Source of the DNA: a phage
NCBI GenBank assembly: GCA_025611195.1
Contig: GCA_025611195.1_4718.2
Reading direction: 5' to 3' (one strand)
DNA: 64,000 bases
Each line of letters opens with the position of its first letter. Position 1 is the first letter of the stretch. The notes under the pieces were generated by a model, which saw only the letters and a program-made list of their open reading frames with translations, was not told where the DNA came from and ran no database searches. Shown piece by piece: positions 28,715-39,064 of this stretch. A program made the position numbers and the translations under genes.

Positions 28715-30301
28715 TTAGAAGTTGCCTTTGGTAGTTACCGCATCCACCAGGTTAAACAAATCAACACTCAGCTTGTAAACCTCCTGCTGGCTACGGTTGA
28801 GCAGTGGGCTGTACGCGGACGGGTTGATGTTCGGCATGGTGTACGGAATCGGTGAAGAGCCGTCAACGCTGATCTTGAACTGGCTGTCCAGGAACAGGTT
28901 GATTGCGCCACTCACCATAACCGCGTTCGGGTTGTTACCCAACATGGAGGGCAGGATATTGGTAATCATGTCAGAGCGCATCTGTTCAGCAGCGCGGTTA
29001 CAATCATACCCTTTAATGAACGGTACAGCGTCAGTAACCGCAACCGCCCATTGCCCAGGCATGATACCTAGTTCTGGATGGCCGTGGTTATCAGCAATGA
29101 AACGGAACGATTCCAACATGCGATACGTCATCGCAGCAGGCATCATCGCAGCAAGCGACGAACAGTACAATGTTGGGTAATCGATAACGTCCCAGCTCTG
29201 GCTATCGGTCGGCATCCAGCCAAACTCAGTGGTTGCTGATGTACCGCGACGAGCTTCCACATACGGGAATAACGTTAATACGTCACGGATATGTTCGCCG
29301 AACATCCGTTTCATGTCTACCCAACTCATGCTACCGCTGAAGGCGAATCCCTCATCACGCATGATCGCACCGAATACCGGATGTGCAACCAACGGTTCTT
29401 CACGAACAGCTTGAGCTGCTTCTACGTAAATATCCTCATTCTCTGCGCTACCTGGATGAGACCCGCTTTCGTACGTCTGACGAATAGCCCCGACGTTATC
29501 GAAGGCTTTTCTTAGATAGATGGTTGGGATGTTCGTATCAGCACTCGCTGGTTTGATTTTCTCCGTTGCGAAACACATTGCTGCTTCCACACCACGAAAA
29601 ACCGGTTCCGGTTGCGATTGATAGGAAGAGCGATGGACCACATCAGCGTAGGCTGGATCGAACTGCTGCATCACGTTCTGCATGGCTGGGTCCATGAACT
29701 GGTTATCAAAACCACCATTGCCTACCCAACGTGCTGTCGACGCATAAGTCAGCGTATCCTGAACACGAGTACTGAACTGAACATCACGATTAACAGGGTC
29801 GTATGCGCCAGTCAAAAGGTTCGTTGCGTCCATCGGGGTCGCGCGAACGATTTGCTTACCGAACATATCCGTTGTGGTTGTTTCGGTTACCTGGATTACA
29901 TTCGTGAAGAAGAACACCAGTTCGTTCGGTAGATCGATAGAACGCGTTGTAAACGCATCGAGGCTTACCGAATGGTCGGTGTATCCAGAAATGTAATGGA
30001 CGCGCTTGGTTCCTGGTGCAAGGGCCAAGGATTCTTCCACAGCCATCATGAAATGGAAACGACGTGTGCCCCAACCATTCGCAATCTCCGAAACCCCCTC
30101 AGGTTCTGCAGACTGCTGTAACAAACCGGTTGCAAGCTTATTGATTGCTGATGGGGTTGTTGCCGTACCGAACTTCGTCGTGTTAATAAAGTCTTCGATG
30201 CTACGCATGCTATCTGCATGGAATCGTAGTGGACGACGTTGTACGTTGTTGTACGGTGCGGTTTCAACCATCAGTATTTCACGAACATTCATCGGGATCA
30301 T
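28715..30301 (-). CDS. hypothetical protein (528 aa), possibly virion structural
   Basis: ORF track; followed by a terminator hairpin; no recognisable enzymatic motif. Confidence 0.55.
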   Translation of the reverse strand: MIPMNVREILMVETAPYNNVQRRPLRFHADSMRSIEDFINTTKFGTATTPSAINKLATGLLQQSAEPEGVSEIANGWGTRRFHFMMAVEESLALAPGTKRVHYISGYTDHSVSLDAFTTRSIDLPNELVFFFTNVIQVTETTTTDMFGKQIVRATPMDATNLLTGAYDPVNRDVQFSTRVQDTLTYASTARWVGNGGFDNQFMDPAMQNVMQQFDPAYADVVHRSSYQSQPEPVFRGVEAAMCFATEKIKPASADTNIPTIYLRKAFDNVGAIRQTYESGSHPGSAENEDIYVEAAQAVREEPLVAHPVFGAIMRDEGFAFSGSMSWVDMKRMFGEHIRDVLTLFPYVEARRGTSATTEFGWMPTDSQSWDVIDYPTLYCSSLAAMMPAAMTYRMLESFRFIADNHGHPELGIMPGQWAVAVTDAVPFIKGYDCNRAAEQMRSDMITNILPSMLGNNPNAVMVSGAINLFLDSQFKISVDGSSPIPYTMPNINPSAYSPLLNRSQQEVYKLSVDLFNLVDAVTTKGNF

Positions 30302-30302
30302 T

Positions 30303-31889
30303 TTATTTTTTTCCTCTTAAATTTACTACATGTTCATTTAATCGAACAACTAATTGCACAAGCTGCTGACGGATATCTGCTGGACAAAGCATCAATCCTT
30401 TACGATCAGCTGGGACTTTCTCAAGGATTTCCGGACCTGCTGCGGAAACATCCCAATCCCATTCACAAAACGCATCAGCCACCATGTTAATACCGACAAC
30501 CGGTAAAGTTGTACGTTCATCTTCATACATGGCATGCGGATACAATTTATTGACGGTAATGACCTCCTGTGGTTTTAACTGATGGATAATCTGGTAAACG
30601 TCGTCGCGTTTAACCTGGATACCTACGGTCAGCGCAGCCAGTTGAGGAAAACCCCAATGGTCTAATAAACACGCTGCGATCGCTAACGCTTTTGCCTGAT
30701 GTACGGCTTCAATCGGTGATAGACTTCTCGCTGGAAGATGGCTATCAAGCAACCATTGTGCCAATGCTCGGCATCCACGGTTGATTGGTTTTAACTCAAC
30801 GCTGTCATCATGTTTAGCGTAGGTGTATCCGTCGTAACGTTTTGCGATACGCGCATACATGTCTTCAACTTTACCGTAAGGTGCCGTTTCATCGATGTCG
30901 TGCAGCACCCGTTCCATCTGGGTAAGATACGCGATGTCGAGAATGAGTACGCGCGGTGAACGTTTATCTTTCACCATCAACGCATCGATCACGCCTTGGC
31001 TATCTTCGTCTTGCGCGTTCCCTCGCGGGGTTTTCTCGCGAATCGGTCCGCTGAAACGTCGTTCCGTACAAAGGTTATTCACATAGCTAAAGATCAACGT
31101 TACCAGGTGCGTACAACTTACCAACACCCCATCTTTAACGACAGGCTGTACGGCTTGGTCCAAATCGCGTACTGCGAGACGGCGAACGATGGCTTGTGAA
31201 CGCAACCAACCGGGTACTTTCTCCGTCGACATGTAATCCACTGTCATCGACAGCGTGATCTTTTTATCACCTGTCTGCGCACGGATATAATCTTCCAGTC
31301 GGTCGTAAGCAGCGATATCATGAATGCGTGTTTTATACATTAACGACATAGCTACTTCTTCTTTACGTACCGTCCCGTACGTTTTCCCTGCGTCAATCAG
31401 AAACTCCGCCCAAATCGGCACCATCAGACGGACGTAGATCGCTAACGCCGTTAACTCAACGTAATCATTTCGTAAATAGGTTTTCTCGGGTATATCATCC
31501 TCACCTAATGTTGTTTTCATGTCCGGCGGTAATTTTACCCAACCTGGGGTATTACACAACGCCAGAATCTCTTCATACACAACCGGTTTGTAAATTTCAC
31601 CAACAGCGCGGCTCAACTCCTCCATTTGTTGTTGTGGAGCAATGTAGTTATCCATCGCTTCACGTGCTTTAACGAACCCTTCGAAGATGTCGTCGATTCG
31701 ACGTGGGTTCTTTTGTTCTATCCAGGCGAGATACTTGTTAATCTCCCGCATCTGATTGCTAGCCATATCCCCATCAATCTTGATGTAACCCTGGCCTGAA
31801 AATTCCACGGTACGTCCGTCACGATGTTTGATGAGATAGTGATCCAGCTTTTCTTTGCCTTGCGTCGTAATGACGGGCACTATGTGCAT
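30303..31889 (-). CDS. hypothetical protein (528 aa)
   Basis: ATG at 31889 with AAGAGGTTG RBS; TATATTAC promoter motif about 90 nt upstream. Confidence 0.55.
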   Translation of the reverse strand: MHIVPVITTQGKEKLDHYLIKHRDGRTVEFSGQGYIKIDGDMASNQMREINKYLAWIEQKNPRRIDDIFEGFVKAREAMDNYIAPQQQMEELSRAVGEIYKPVVYEEILALCNTPGWVKLPPDMKTTLGEDDIPEKTYLRNDYVELTALAIYVRLMVPIWAEFLIDAGKTYGTVRKEEVAMSLMYKTRIHDIAAYDRLEDYIRAQTGDKKITLSMTVDYMSTEKVPGWLRSQAIVRRLAVRDLDQAVQPVVKDGVLVSCTHLVTLIFSYVNNLCTERRFSGPIREKTPRGNAQDEDSQGVIDALMVKDKRSPRVLILDIAYLTQMERVLHDIDETAPYGKVEDMYARIAKRYDGYTYAKHDDSVELKPINRGCRALAQWLLDSHLPARSLSPIEAVHQAKALAIAACLLDHWGFPQLAALTVGIQVKRDDVYQIIHQLKPQEVITVNKLYPHAMYEDERTTLPVVGINMVADAFCEWDWDVSAAGPEILEKVPADRKGLMLCPADIRQQLVQLVVRLNEHVVNLRGKK

Positions 31890-31976
31890 AACAACCTCTT
31901 TTCGCGGTTCCCTGTTAAAACGTCTTCGGCGACGTCTACCACAAAGGTAACATTTATGTCGCCTCTATGACTTTGT

Positions 31977-32001
31977 TCATAGAGGTAATATAAGCGTGAA
32001 T
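31977..32001 (-). promoter_or_regulatory. candidate phage early promoter (minus-strand ATTCACGCTTATATTACCTCTATGA)
   Basis: Fourth instance of the TATATTAC-core motif, upstream of the minus gene starting at 31889. Confidence 0.45.
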
Positions 32002-32131
32002 AATTTTGGATTCCGGCTGAGTTATCGCTCAGCATGCAAGGCATCCCGCCGAAGCGAGACACCTTGCACTAACGGAAGATATTCGCGTTACCTTCTGAGT
32101 CTTCGATTCAGAATGCGAAGCTGAAGCATTA

Positions 32132-32920
32132 TTAGAACGCTAAGCCATCAAAGGCTACCGACGGATCATCGTCGTCATTTGCGCTTGGTGCATCCCAACG
32201 GGTATCTGGGGCTGCTGGAGCCGAACGCGATGCGTTAGAGTTACCGTTGTACTGGCCGTTACCAGCATTACGGTTACCGCCGCCGTTATTGTTGTTACGA
32301 TTATAGCTATTATTGCCATTGCTTACGCTACGGCTTTCACCATCGAAATTGGTCGCGAGGATGCTTGGCAACACCGCACGATGAATACGTACGAATTCCA
32401 GCGCGCAAAGCGGTGAAACAACCCCGATCTGTAAAGGTTGTCCAGACTCATCAACCAAAGAGTGGAAACGTGGCGGCTTGAATACGAACTGGATGTTCGG
32501 TTTTTGGTACGCAGTTACGGCGATATATACCGAACCATCATCATTCTTACCAACCCATGTTGTACTTTCGGTAATCTGTTTCTTCTTACCTGGGTTATTG
32601 CGATCATCAATAACCTTTTCGTTCTTCATCGCAAAGCGTTGACCTGGTTTACCCTTAGCAACCTGCTCGAGGATCGCAAGCAGGTTATAGAACGCATATG
32701 AACTCATGCGTGCCCAAATGCTTTCAGCGCGACCCTGCTGGTCCTTACGACCTGTATAAACCGTGATACGCGGTTGATTCTTAGCAACGCTAATTTTCAA
32801 TGAGGGGACTGAATTGCCGCCCTCAACTTTTTCGTCCGCCCACAGTTTCCAGTTGTTGTCGTCGTAAGCCGTAGGAATAATGTTTCCTTGTGGTTTACTG
32901 CCCGAATTCCAATTGCTCAT
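32132..32920 (-). CDS. putative ssDNA-binding-like protein with disordered Asn/Gly-rich linker and acidic C-terminal tip
   Basis: C-terminus ...NNNNGGGNRNAGNGQYNGN...SANDDDDPSVAFDGLAF resembles the SSB-type acidic tail ending in F; N-terminal fold not recognisable by eye. Confidence 0.35.
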   Translation of the reverse strand: MSNWNSGSKPQGNIIPTAYDDNNWKLWADEKVEGGNSVPSLKISVAKNQPRITVYTGRKDQQGRAESIWARMSSYAFYNLLAILEQVAKGKPGQRFAMKNEKVIDDRNNPGKKKQITESTTWVGKNDDGSVYIAVTAYQKPNIQFVFKPPRFHSLVDESGQPLQIGVVSPLCALEFVRIHRAVLPSILATNFDGESRSVSNGNNSYNRNNNNGGGNRNAGNGQYNGNSNASRSAPAAPDTRWDAPSANDDDDPSVAFDGLAF

Positions 32921-32993
32921 TTTCAGCCTCGTTACGTAGTGTGAATCAATTTCTGGTTCAGATGATAGTTAATATTAGTTAAAAATTACAGCC

Positions 32994-33827
32994 TCAGCGG
33001 AACATGTCCAACAGAAAACGTTTTGCGAAGGGGTCGCGTAACTGGTTGACGCCAAAGCGTGTACGGTCTTCCGTTGTTAACGGATTCCACTGACTCTGTT
33101 TCGCAAGATCTAACAGCATCCTTTTTATTTTCACCGGCCCGCTGTTAAACTGTACGGCTTGGTCGCCGAACGTTCCCAATGTCATCTTTGTAAATGGGAG
33201 GTTCGCAACCTCTGGACGATCTCCACCAGTAAGTTTGGTCGACCACTGATGTTTTCGTTTCAAAGTTCCGGTATGACTCTCTACCAAAATAAGTTCACCA
33301 AAACCGGTTCTTGCCAACAAGTCAGAAACATAGTGCGTAGTGATATACGACGTTTTGGTTATCGTGGGTAATTTACAATCCATCGATTCGATATTGGGGA
33401 GTCGATCTACAGACGCCATCAACCCACGATAAAGTGTGGCGAGTCCTTTTTGTTTTTCGGTGTGTGGCTCCTTGTGTATAGCGTGCGGATAAACACGCTT
33501 TATTGACGCATAGGTTGGCGCATATATCCGCAAACGAATATGGGGAACGAGTTCATTCACCAACTGCCTTAGCTGCAGCAACTCGTTTTGAAAATCCCCC
33601 GTTATCATCGATAATGGTAATTTATGCTGTTCGACGTCTTCAAAGCTTTCAACAAAATTGCGCGCTAAAGTACGCAGGTTGAACAACCAATCCATCGGCG
33701 TTTCTGGCTGTTGCTGCACGGCTGATAATGTTGCTGACGTCCCCACCGATAAAGGATAATCACCTAACGTGCGGGCGTACATATCGCTCATACCCCACAA
33801 CTCCTTCTTATCATGGCAACGTATCAA
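32994..33827 (-). CDS. hypothetical protein (277 aa)
   Basis: ORF track. Confidence 0.5.
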   Translation of the reverse strand: MIRCHDKKELWGMSDMYARTLGDYPLSVGTSATLSAVQQQPETPMDWLFNLRTLARNFVESFEDVEQHKLPLSMITGDFQNELLQLRQLVNELVPHIRLRIYAPTYASIKRVYPHAIHKEPHTEKQKGLATLYRGLMASVDRLPNIESMDCKLPTITKTSYITTHYVSDLLARTGFGELILVESHTGTLKRKHQWSTKLTGGDRPEVANLPFTKMTLGTFGDQAVQFNSGPVKIKRMLLDLAKQSQWNPLTTEDRTRFGVNQLRDPFAKRFLLDMFR

Positions 33828-34953
33828 GCCAAGCAGAAACCTTTAAGGCATCAACGTTCGGGTATTTATTACGGATGCGTTCGACCAGCAAACGCTTAAC
33901 GTTGTCCTTTGTCAAGTCCCCGCCTTTCTCGATAACGTTATTGACAAAACTGTTCTTTAATAACGACTGGTTGTTCTTGGCGTCCGTTTTAATTGTCCAG
34001 ATAAAACCTGGATACAAAGAAGGGATAGAACGAAACGTTTTCGCTGCGTCGTCTTCCTTATCACAACGTATTCGGATGTGATCGCCCTTCTTCAATGAAG
34101 CCAATTCCCGTTCCAATACACGAATGATTTCATCTCCAACAAGACCGTGCAGTTTTATCGTCTTGTAGACATCTGCTTTCTTGTTCTCAACAAATTCCCA
34201 TTGGTCGTTAAACGATTCTGTTAACGTATAACGGAGGTACCCCTTTGGACCTTCTTCGCCATGCGACAAGCGACCGAACGAACCGCCAACCATGATACGT
34301 CCTTTCTGGGATTGTAAGTGGATATGCCCACTCACGACCCACCCTTGGGTCTTCTCTACCATTGCGTTATACGCATCGCTGCTATGAACACATGTCGCTT
34401 TTAACGCTTCTGGTGGAAGCTGATATTCAAACGCGCCGTGCATCAGAATGAAGTCCGGCGATCCCTTCTCATCAATAAGTCGGTTCACAGCCGACAACGT
34501 CACATCCGGATCGTGGCTGTAGTTATCTGGAAGATAGAGCACTTTTAAACCAAAGTCTTCATCAACCATGCAGAGATCATCGTAATAACGAACTTTCGCT
34601 CCTATCTCCATGACCTCGTTCTGTTCAACGAACCACTGGCTTTGCTTCTGGTCATGTAAATTGGTACCTTCAAGAAAGATCAACGTAATATCGTGTTTTC
34701 TCGCATACCGTAACAACCAGGTACCCCAGGCACGAACAGCAACCACGTCACTCGTTACAAATGTCGTAATACGATCGAAGACATCACCACTGAATGTAAT
34801 CACGTCAAGCAGCGCAGGATCTTCTTTTGTGATATAATAACGTAGCTGGCTAATCAGATTCACTGTCGGTGTTTGACGATGGATAAAGTGAATATCCGAC
34901 AAGTTGATTCCTCGTAATACCCCAGGCGTTTTATTTCGACTGAAGTCTCGCAT
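33811..34953 (-). CDS. Mre11/SbcD-like metallophosphoesterase nuclease
   Basis: Calcineurin-like motifs: FSGDVFD, EGTNLHD, ILMHGAFE, SGHIH. Confidence 0.55.
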   Translation of the reverse strand: MRDFSRNKTPGVLRGINLSDIHFIHRQTPTVNLISQLRYYITKEDPALLDVITFSGDVFDRITTFVTSDVVAVRAWGTWLLRYARKHDITLIFLEGTNLHDQKQSQWFVEQNEVMEIGAKVRYYDDLCMVDEDFGLKVLYLPDNYSHDPDVTLSAVNRLIDEKGSPDFILMHGAFEYQLPPEALKATCVHSSDAYNAMVEKTQGWVVSGHIHLQSQKGRIMVGGSFGRLSHGEEGPKGYLRYTLTESFNDQWEFVENKKADVYKTIKLHGLVGDEIIRVLERELASLKKGDHIRIRCDKEDDAAKTFRSIPSLYPGFIWTIKTDAKNNQSLLKNSFVNNVIEKGGDLTKDNVKRLLVERIRNKYPNVDALKVSAWLDTLP

Positions 34954-35735
34954 CAGAATTCCTCTAAGTTACTGCTGCTAATAGCCCCCGTCGTAGACGA
35001 CACGTTTTTACTGCTCGCCGACGCTGTTGTTGAAGAAGTTCTGGCTAGATTCAATCCGTTTAATAACCCACGCTCTTTTACCGTACGACGCGAACCATCA
35101 CGAACGTCGTAAAGGGGTACGTTATAATGGTCAAAAATCCGAAGCCATTGCACGTAATCAGCAACAACATGGTCTTTGCTTTCATTCGGAGCAAAGCGAT
35201 CAAGCTGATGGTCAACGTAAGCTTTAGCGCTTTCAGGATTGAAGTTATACTGTCGACGTGCTTTATCCACCATCGCGAGGAAACACGTGTTGGGGTCACG
35301 ATTGATGTATGAACGCGTCCGGATAAAGATAGCCGGTACCGTAAACAGAACCTTGTTGTTATTCCCGTCAGTGACAATATTAACGGCACGATGTGGTTGA
35401 CCTGCTATCTTACACCAATCGTGAACAATGGTACTGTTACTCAGCATCTCCGCGTATTCAGGATCCTGAGAAAACATACCCGCGAACGGATACAAGAAAT
35501 GTTTAACAAACAGCGATTCGGGCAGGATGTTGGGACGCGTCATCTCCTGTAAACCTTTTCGTAGAAGCTCGCTGTTGTCTACCAGCTCCTGCCACATGTC
35601 CGGTCGTGTTTTCGGGATGGACGGATCCTGAGCGCGACGAATGCGTTCTTCCTCATTTACAACCACTACCCCAGCCGGATACCCCAATAAATCCGTTCCT
35701 TCGCTAACGTTGCTGTTAGTTTGGCGCGCCTTCAT
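34953..35735 (-). CDS. hypothetical protein (260 aa)
   Basis: ORF track. Confidence 0.5.
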   Translation of the reverse strand: MKARQTNSNVSEGTDLLGYPAGVVVVNEEERIRRAQDPSIPKTRPDMWQELVDNSELLRKGLQEMTRPNILPESLFVKHFLYPFAGMFSQDPEYAEMLSNSTIVHDWCKIAGQPHRAVNIVTDGNNNKVLFTVPAIFIRTRSYINRDPNTCFLAMVDKARRQYNFNPESAKAYVDHQLDRFAPNESKDHVVADYVQWLRIFDHYNVPLYDVRDGSRRTVKERGLLNGLNLARTSSTTASASSKNVSSTTGAISSSNLEEF

Positions 35736-36123
35736 TTACTTCCTCCTGCCACTTGACAAAATTACCACGCTCGGATCGCAGAACACCACCCAGATCGTAC
35801 GATATACCTTTCTCTGTGACAATCCCACCAATCTGGAGATCGACACGTTCCGTCGTCGGATCGATATACTTGACACGGACTTTCAATTCCACACGATCGT
35901 AATAACGCATTAAATAATCATACAACATCCGGTATGTCGCATCTTCCAATTTGGGTGCGCTATACTGCGATGTTGCAATGAGGTACGGTAGTGAAACGAT
36001 GGAACCTTGATAGCAATACGACTGGGAATAATTCGATATTGCGAAATTGGTCATTAACCCATCCAGCTTTTTTCCCGACGCGGTTAAAAAGCTCGACAGC
36101 CCAGGTAACGGATTCGATGCCAT
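35716..36123 (-). CDS. hypothetical protein (135 aa)
   Basis: ORF track. Confidence 0.45.
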   Translation of the reverse strand: MASNPLPGLSSFLTASGKKLDGLMTNFAISNYSQSYCYQGSIVSLPYLIATSQYSAPKLEDATYRMLYDYLMRYYDRVELKVRVKYIDPTTERVDLQIGGIVTEKGISYDLGGVLRSERGNFVKWQEEVNEGAPN

Positions 36124-36136
36124 GAGGAACTCCTCT

Positions 36137-36586
36137 TTAAGCGTAATTCATTCCAACCAATCTATCGTAGTTAGGCATATGCCCTAACTTCAGTTCGACA
36201 GGCACGGATACATTGGTACGCGGTGCGTAAAATGTTCGCGTATGCATATCGATATACCCACAGTCCAAATAAACAATATCAGACAACTCTGCCGGATGTT
36301 TAGGTGTGGGAATCTTTAGTCGATTATAACACTCAAGCTGCCACCAGGCATGAAAAAAGTTATTGTAGGCGTACGATTTACTGTTGGCAACTTTAAGTCC
36401 GTAGACAACCCATAACGTCGCCATGAAGTTGGTTGCGTTAATTCGCATCGGTTGTTCATTATTGAGCATGTGCGTGTAGGTAAACAGCGGTGTGTTACCA
36501 TCGCCGAAACGTCCGACCAGGGTATTGTTCGTACGTTCGACCTCAAAGGAAAAATGCTGGCTGCTATTGCCATCAAAATGGATCAT
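36137..36586 (-). CDS. hypothetical protein (149 aa)
   Basis: ORF track. Confidence 0.45.
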   Translation of the reverse strand: MIHFDGNSSQHFSFEVERTNNTLVGRFGDGNTPLFTYTHMLNNEQPMRINATNFMATLWVVYGLKVANSKSYAYNNFFHAWWQLECYNRLKIPTPKHPAELSDIVYLDCGYIDMHTRTFYAPRTNVSVPVELKLGHMPNYDRLVGMNYA

Positions 36587-36662
36587 TCTGTTCTCCTCAA
36601 GCTTTTCATTTCATAGAGTGGTGGAAATTCGTAGAAAGTTACAAAAATAAAAAGAATGGGTA

Positions 36663-36692
36663 GTCCCTCCCCACCCGAAGGTAGGGAGGGAC
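36663..36692 (-). terminator. GTCCCTCCC / GGGAGGGAC hairpin
   Basis: 9-bp stem, 12-nt loop, downstream of the stop at 36704. Confidence 0.55.
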
Positions 36693-36703
36693 CACAGATG
36701 TAT

Positions 36704-37168
36704 TTAAACCAATGCCGCGATAACGTCGTTAACATTACGACCGCGCAACTCTGCCGCCAAACGAATAACTTCATCCAGGGAACGGTTTGTACGAATCTTA
36801 GCTACTTTCCAATTTTCAGGATACTGTTCGAAGTTAAGTAACCAAGTCATTACCTTTGCTTGTTCCACACCGTTGAGTTTGATTGTCGTGCGCGGATTGG
36901 CTTTGAACCACTTCTTGCTCAGCTGTGCCATACGGCGAACAGGGTAAGCGTAAGCGCGAGTCCAATCTTTGGACAGATTGTCGAGTAACTCACGGTAGCT
37001 GCTATCGTAGTCTTTGTTGATACGACGTAATAACCAGTTGGCGGTCATCTGATAGAGTTTATCATCTTCACGTAACCGCATCCCTGCTACTGCTAAATAA
37101 ACGATAAGACCTGCACCCATGATGAGAGACAGGATAAACAGAACTTGGGTTTCTTGTGCTAAAGTCAT
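36704..37168 (-). CDS. putative membrane protein with one N-terminal transmembrane helix
   Basis: N-terminal VLFILSLIMGAGLIVYLAVAG hydrophobic segment; TATATTAC promoter motif upstream. Confidence 0.5.
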   Translation of the reverse strand: MTLAQETQVLFILSLIMGAGLIVYLAVAGMRLREDDKLYQMTANWLLRRINKDYDSSYRELLDNLSKDWTRAYAYPVRRMAQLSKKWFKANPRTTIKLNGVEQAKVMTWLLNFEQYPENWKVAKIRTNRSLDEVIRLAAELRGRNVNDVIAALV

Positions 37169-37254
37169 TTTTACTATCCTCGGATTTCGTTAGGATTTGA
37201 TTTCCAATATAAGGACAATGTGATATGCCTTATACAGTCGATTGATGTTGTACA

Positions 37255-37279
37255 TCACTTAAGTAATATAGCCGTGAAA
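37255..37279 (-). promoter_or_regulatory. candidate phage early promoter (minus-strand TTTCACGGCTATATTACTTAAGTGA)
   Basis: Near-identical to the motif at 13944..13968; 90-110 nt upstream of the minus ATG at 37168. Confidence 0.5.
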
Positions 37280-37288
37280 AATGTTGGA

Positions 37289-38104
37289 TTAACGTGTTCT
37301 CCTATCACGATGCGTATACGACTGAAGACCGATGTCCATATGCGGTAACGTCAGCGTCTGCCAGATCTGTCGTGCGTAGCGATCGAGTGTATGGTCGTCA
37401 GTAACACAATCGACTGGTTCGATGAGGTGAGTCGTATACTGGCTTTTCTCGGAGAAAGGTTCGATGTTAGCGGTGTCCCCTAATCCGCTTTTCACCGTGA
37501 AGACGAGACGGGTAATTATCATCGCCTTATGCTGCTGTTCATTATAGCGAAGGCTACGATATACAGCATAGCTCCCCCCTTTTAGGCTTCGGGTATAACG
37601 AAGGTCGGAGGTCGTCTCGGAAATCTGATACAACATCCAATCCAACGTATCACGCCAGTACGCATCATCCACATCAGGAACCGTGATGCCATAACGCGTA
37701 GGCAGCAGTTCTAAAAGCAGTTTATAAAGTCCACGACGCAGACCATGCTCTTCTGTTTCAGACAAACCGTTTCCAACGTAACGTGAGATACGCGTACGTA
37801 AATACGTACGGATGAACATATTTGTCATCAGTGATTTCGCGCTACTACTGTTATCCTCAAAGCGATCAACACTGAAACTCGTTTCAATCAGCTGCCCATT
37901 AAAGTACAATGCGGCAACATACATCGCATTACTGCTATCTCGTTCAATGTTTAAACGCCCGCAGATATTGGCTGCGTCGTTCATGGTAAATTCTAACTTA
38001 TCGTGTTCGATACGGTAAATAATATCCTCTTGGGTTGCTAAGCTCGCAATGCGACGATAACCCGGAGAAGTGCGTTTTACACCCATGATTGTCCTCGTTT
38101 TCAA
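37289..38104 (-). CDS. hypothetical protein (271 aa)
   Basis: ORF track. Confidence 0.5.
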   Translation of the reverse strand: MKTRTIMGVKRTSPGYRRIASLATQEDIIYRIEHDKLEFTMNDAANICGRLNIERDSSNAMYVAALYFNGQLIETSFSVDRFEDNSSSAKSLMTNMFIRTYLRTRISRYVGNGLSETEEHGLRRGLYKLLLELLPTRYGITVPDVDDAYWRDTLDWMLYQISETTSDLRYTRSLKGGSYAVYRSLRYNEQQHKAMIITRLVFTVKSGLGDTANIEPFSEKSQYTTHLIEPVDCVTDDHTLDRYARQIWQTLTLPHMDIGLQSYTHRDRRTR

Positions 38105-38126
38105 TTTAAGATTGCGTGCGGCATAG

Positions 38127-38153
38127 ACCCTCCCCGCCTTATGCAGGGAGGGT
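38127..38153 (-). terminator. ACCCTCCC / GGGAGGGT hairpin
   Basis: 8-bp stem, 11-nt loop, downstream of the stop at 38168. Confidence 0.55.
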
Positions 38154-38167
38154 AGCCATTAAATGGA

Positions 38168-38806
38168 TTAACCTAATTTACCACCGGCGATATTGGTGAA
38201 ATCTTCGCCATCAGGAACTTGCAGTAGAATACGTGCCATGTCCCAGTTGGTTAATGTGATTGCTTTATCATCGATACTCAGTTCTGGTAGGTCGAGTTCA
38301 TGATCATCAAACTCGTAGGAAATACTCCACGTTTCATCTGTTTTAGGATCTGTCATCAATACACCGTCTGTCACACGCATGTAGTCCGGATGCAGTTCAT
38401 TACTGAACGTACTGAACGGATCGGTGTAACATTCAGCATACCCTTCGATCTGCTGACGCTGTGCCTTCGTACGTAATTCAGGGCATGCCATAATCAGTTG
38501 TCGAGATATGCCGTTTGCAGCACGGAAGTCTTCCACGGTGTTACATGGCATAACCACATCGTCATGGAAGATGTTCTCCGATTGTCTCAACAGCGTCTTA
38601 CGGAGTTCAGCATAGTTTATCTGATTGAACGCATCGAACGTTGCTAACGATTCAGCGTAAAAATGCTTTACGTGTTCGCTTGCGCCGCCGAGGCTATTCA
38701 TCAACTTGTGACCATACTCCATGAAGCTTTTATCGAGACCGGAGGACATTTCTCCGAACCTCAGTGCACGATAACTGTCTCGTCCACCTGTAAATATTTG
38801 CGCCAT
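38168..38806 (-). CDS. hypothetical protein (212 aa)
   Basis: ORF track. Confidence 0.5.
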   Translation of the reverse strand: MAQIFTGGRDSYRALRFGEMSSGLDKSFMEYGHKLMNSLGGASEHVKHFYAESLATFDAFNQINYAELRKTLLRQSENIFHDDVVMPCNTVEDFRAANGISRQLIMACPELRTKAQRQQIEGYAECYTDPFSTFSNELHPDYMRVTDGVLMTDPKTDETWSISYEFDDHELDLPELSIDDKAITLTNWDMARILLQVPDGEDFTNIAGGKLG

Positions 38807-38821
38807 TACAGGCGTCCTCCT

Positions 38822-39061
38822 TTAGCAATGGTTGTTAGTTGCTTCTATTTCATCAAGATACGGTTCTACGTCATCGCCCTCCACGAATTCGTTGAACCAA
38901 CAGTCAATGGTAGAAATAACCGGTGACTGGTGTTCACATTTCTTAGATACCTTAAAAGGTACGTTATTATCCATCATACCGAGTTCGGGTCGAAAACGCC
39001 CGAAATGTTTCGCAGTCCAAATGTCTGGGACGATATGGTTGTTCATCGTGGTGTTCAGCAT
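38822..39061 (-). CDS. small ORF immediately 3' of the intron region; possible downstream exon of the beta-prime-like gene
   Basis: ATG at 39061 with GAGGT RBS; MNNHIVP and LGMMDNNVPF weakly resemble the beta-prime segment following the catalytic loop (MAVHVP, LMMSTNNILSP). Confidence 0.35.
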   Translation of the reverse strand: MLNTTMNNHIVPDIWTAKHFGRFRPELGMMDNNVPFKVSKKCEHQSPVISTIDCWFNEFVEGDDVEPYLDEIEATNNHC

Positions 39062-39064
39062 GAG

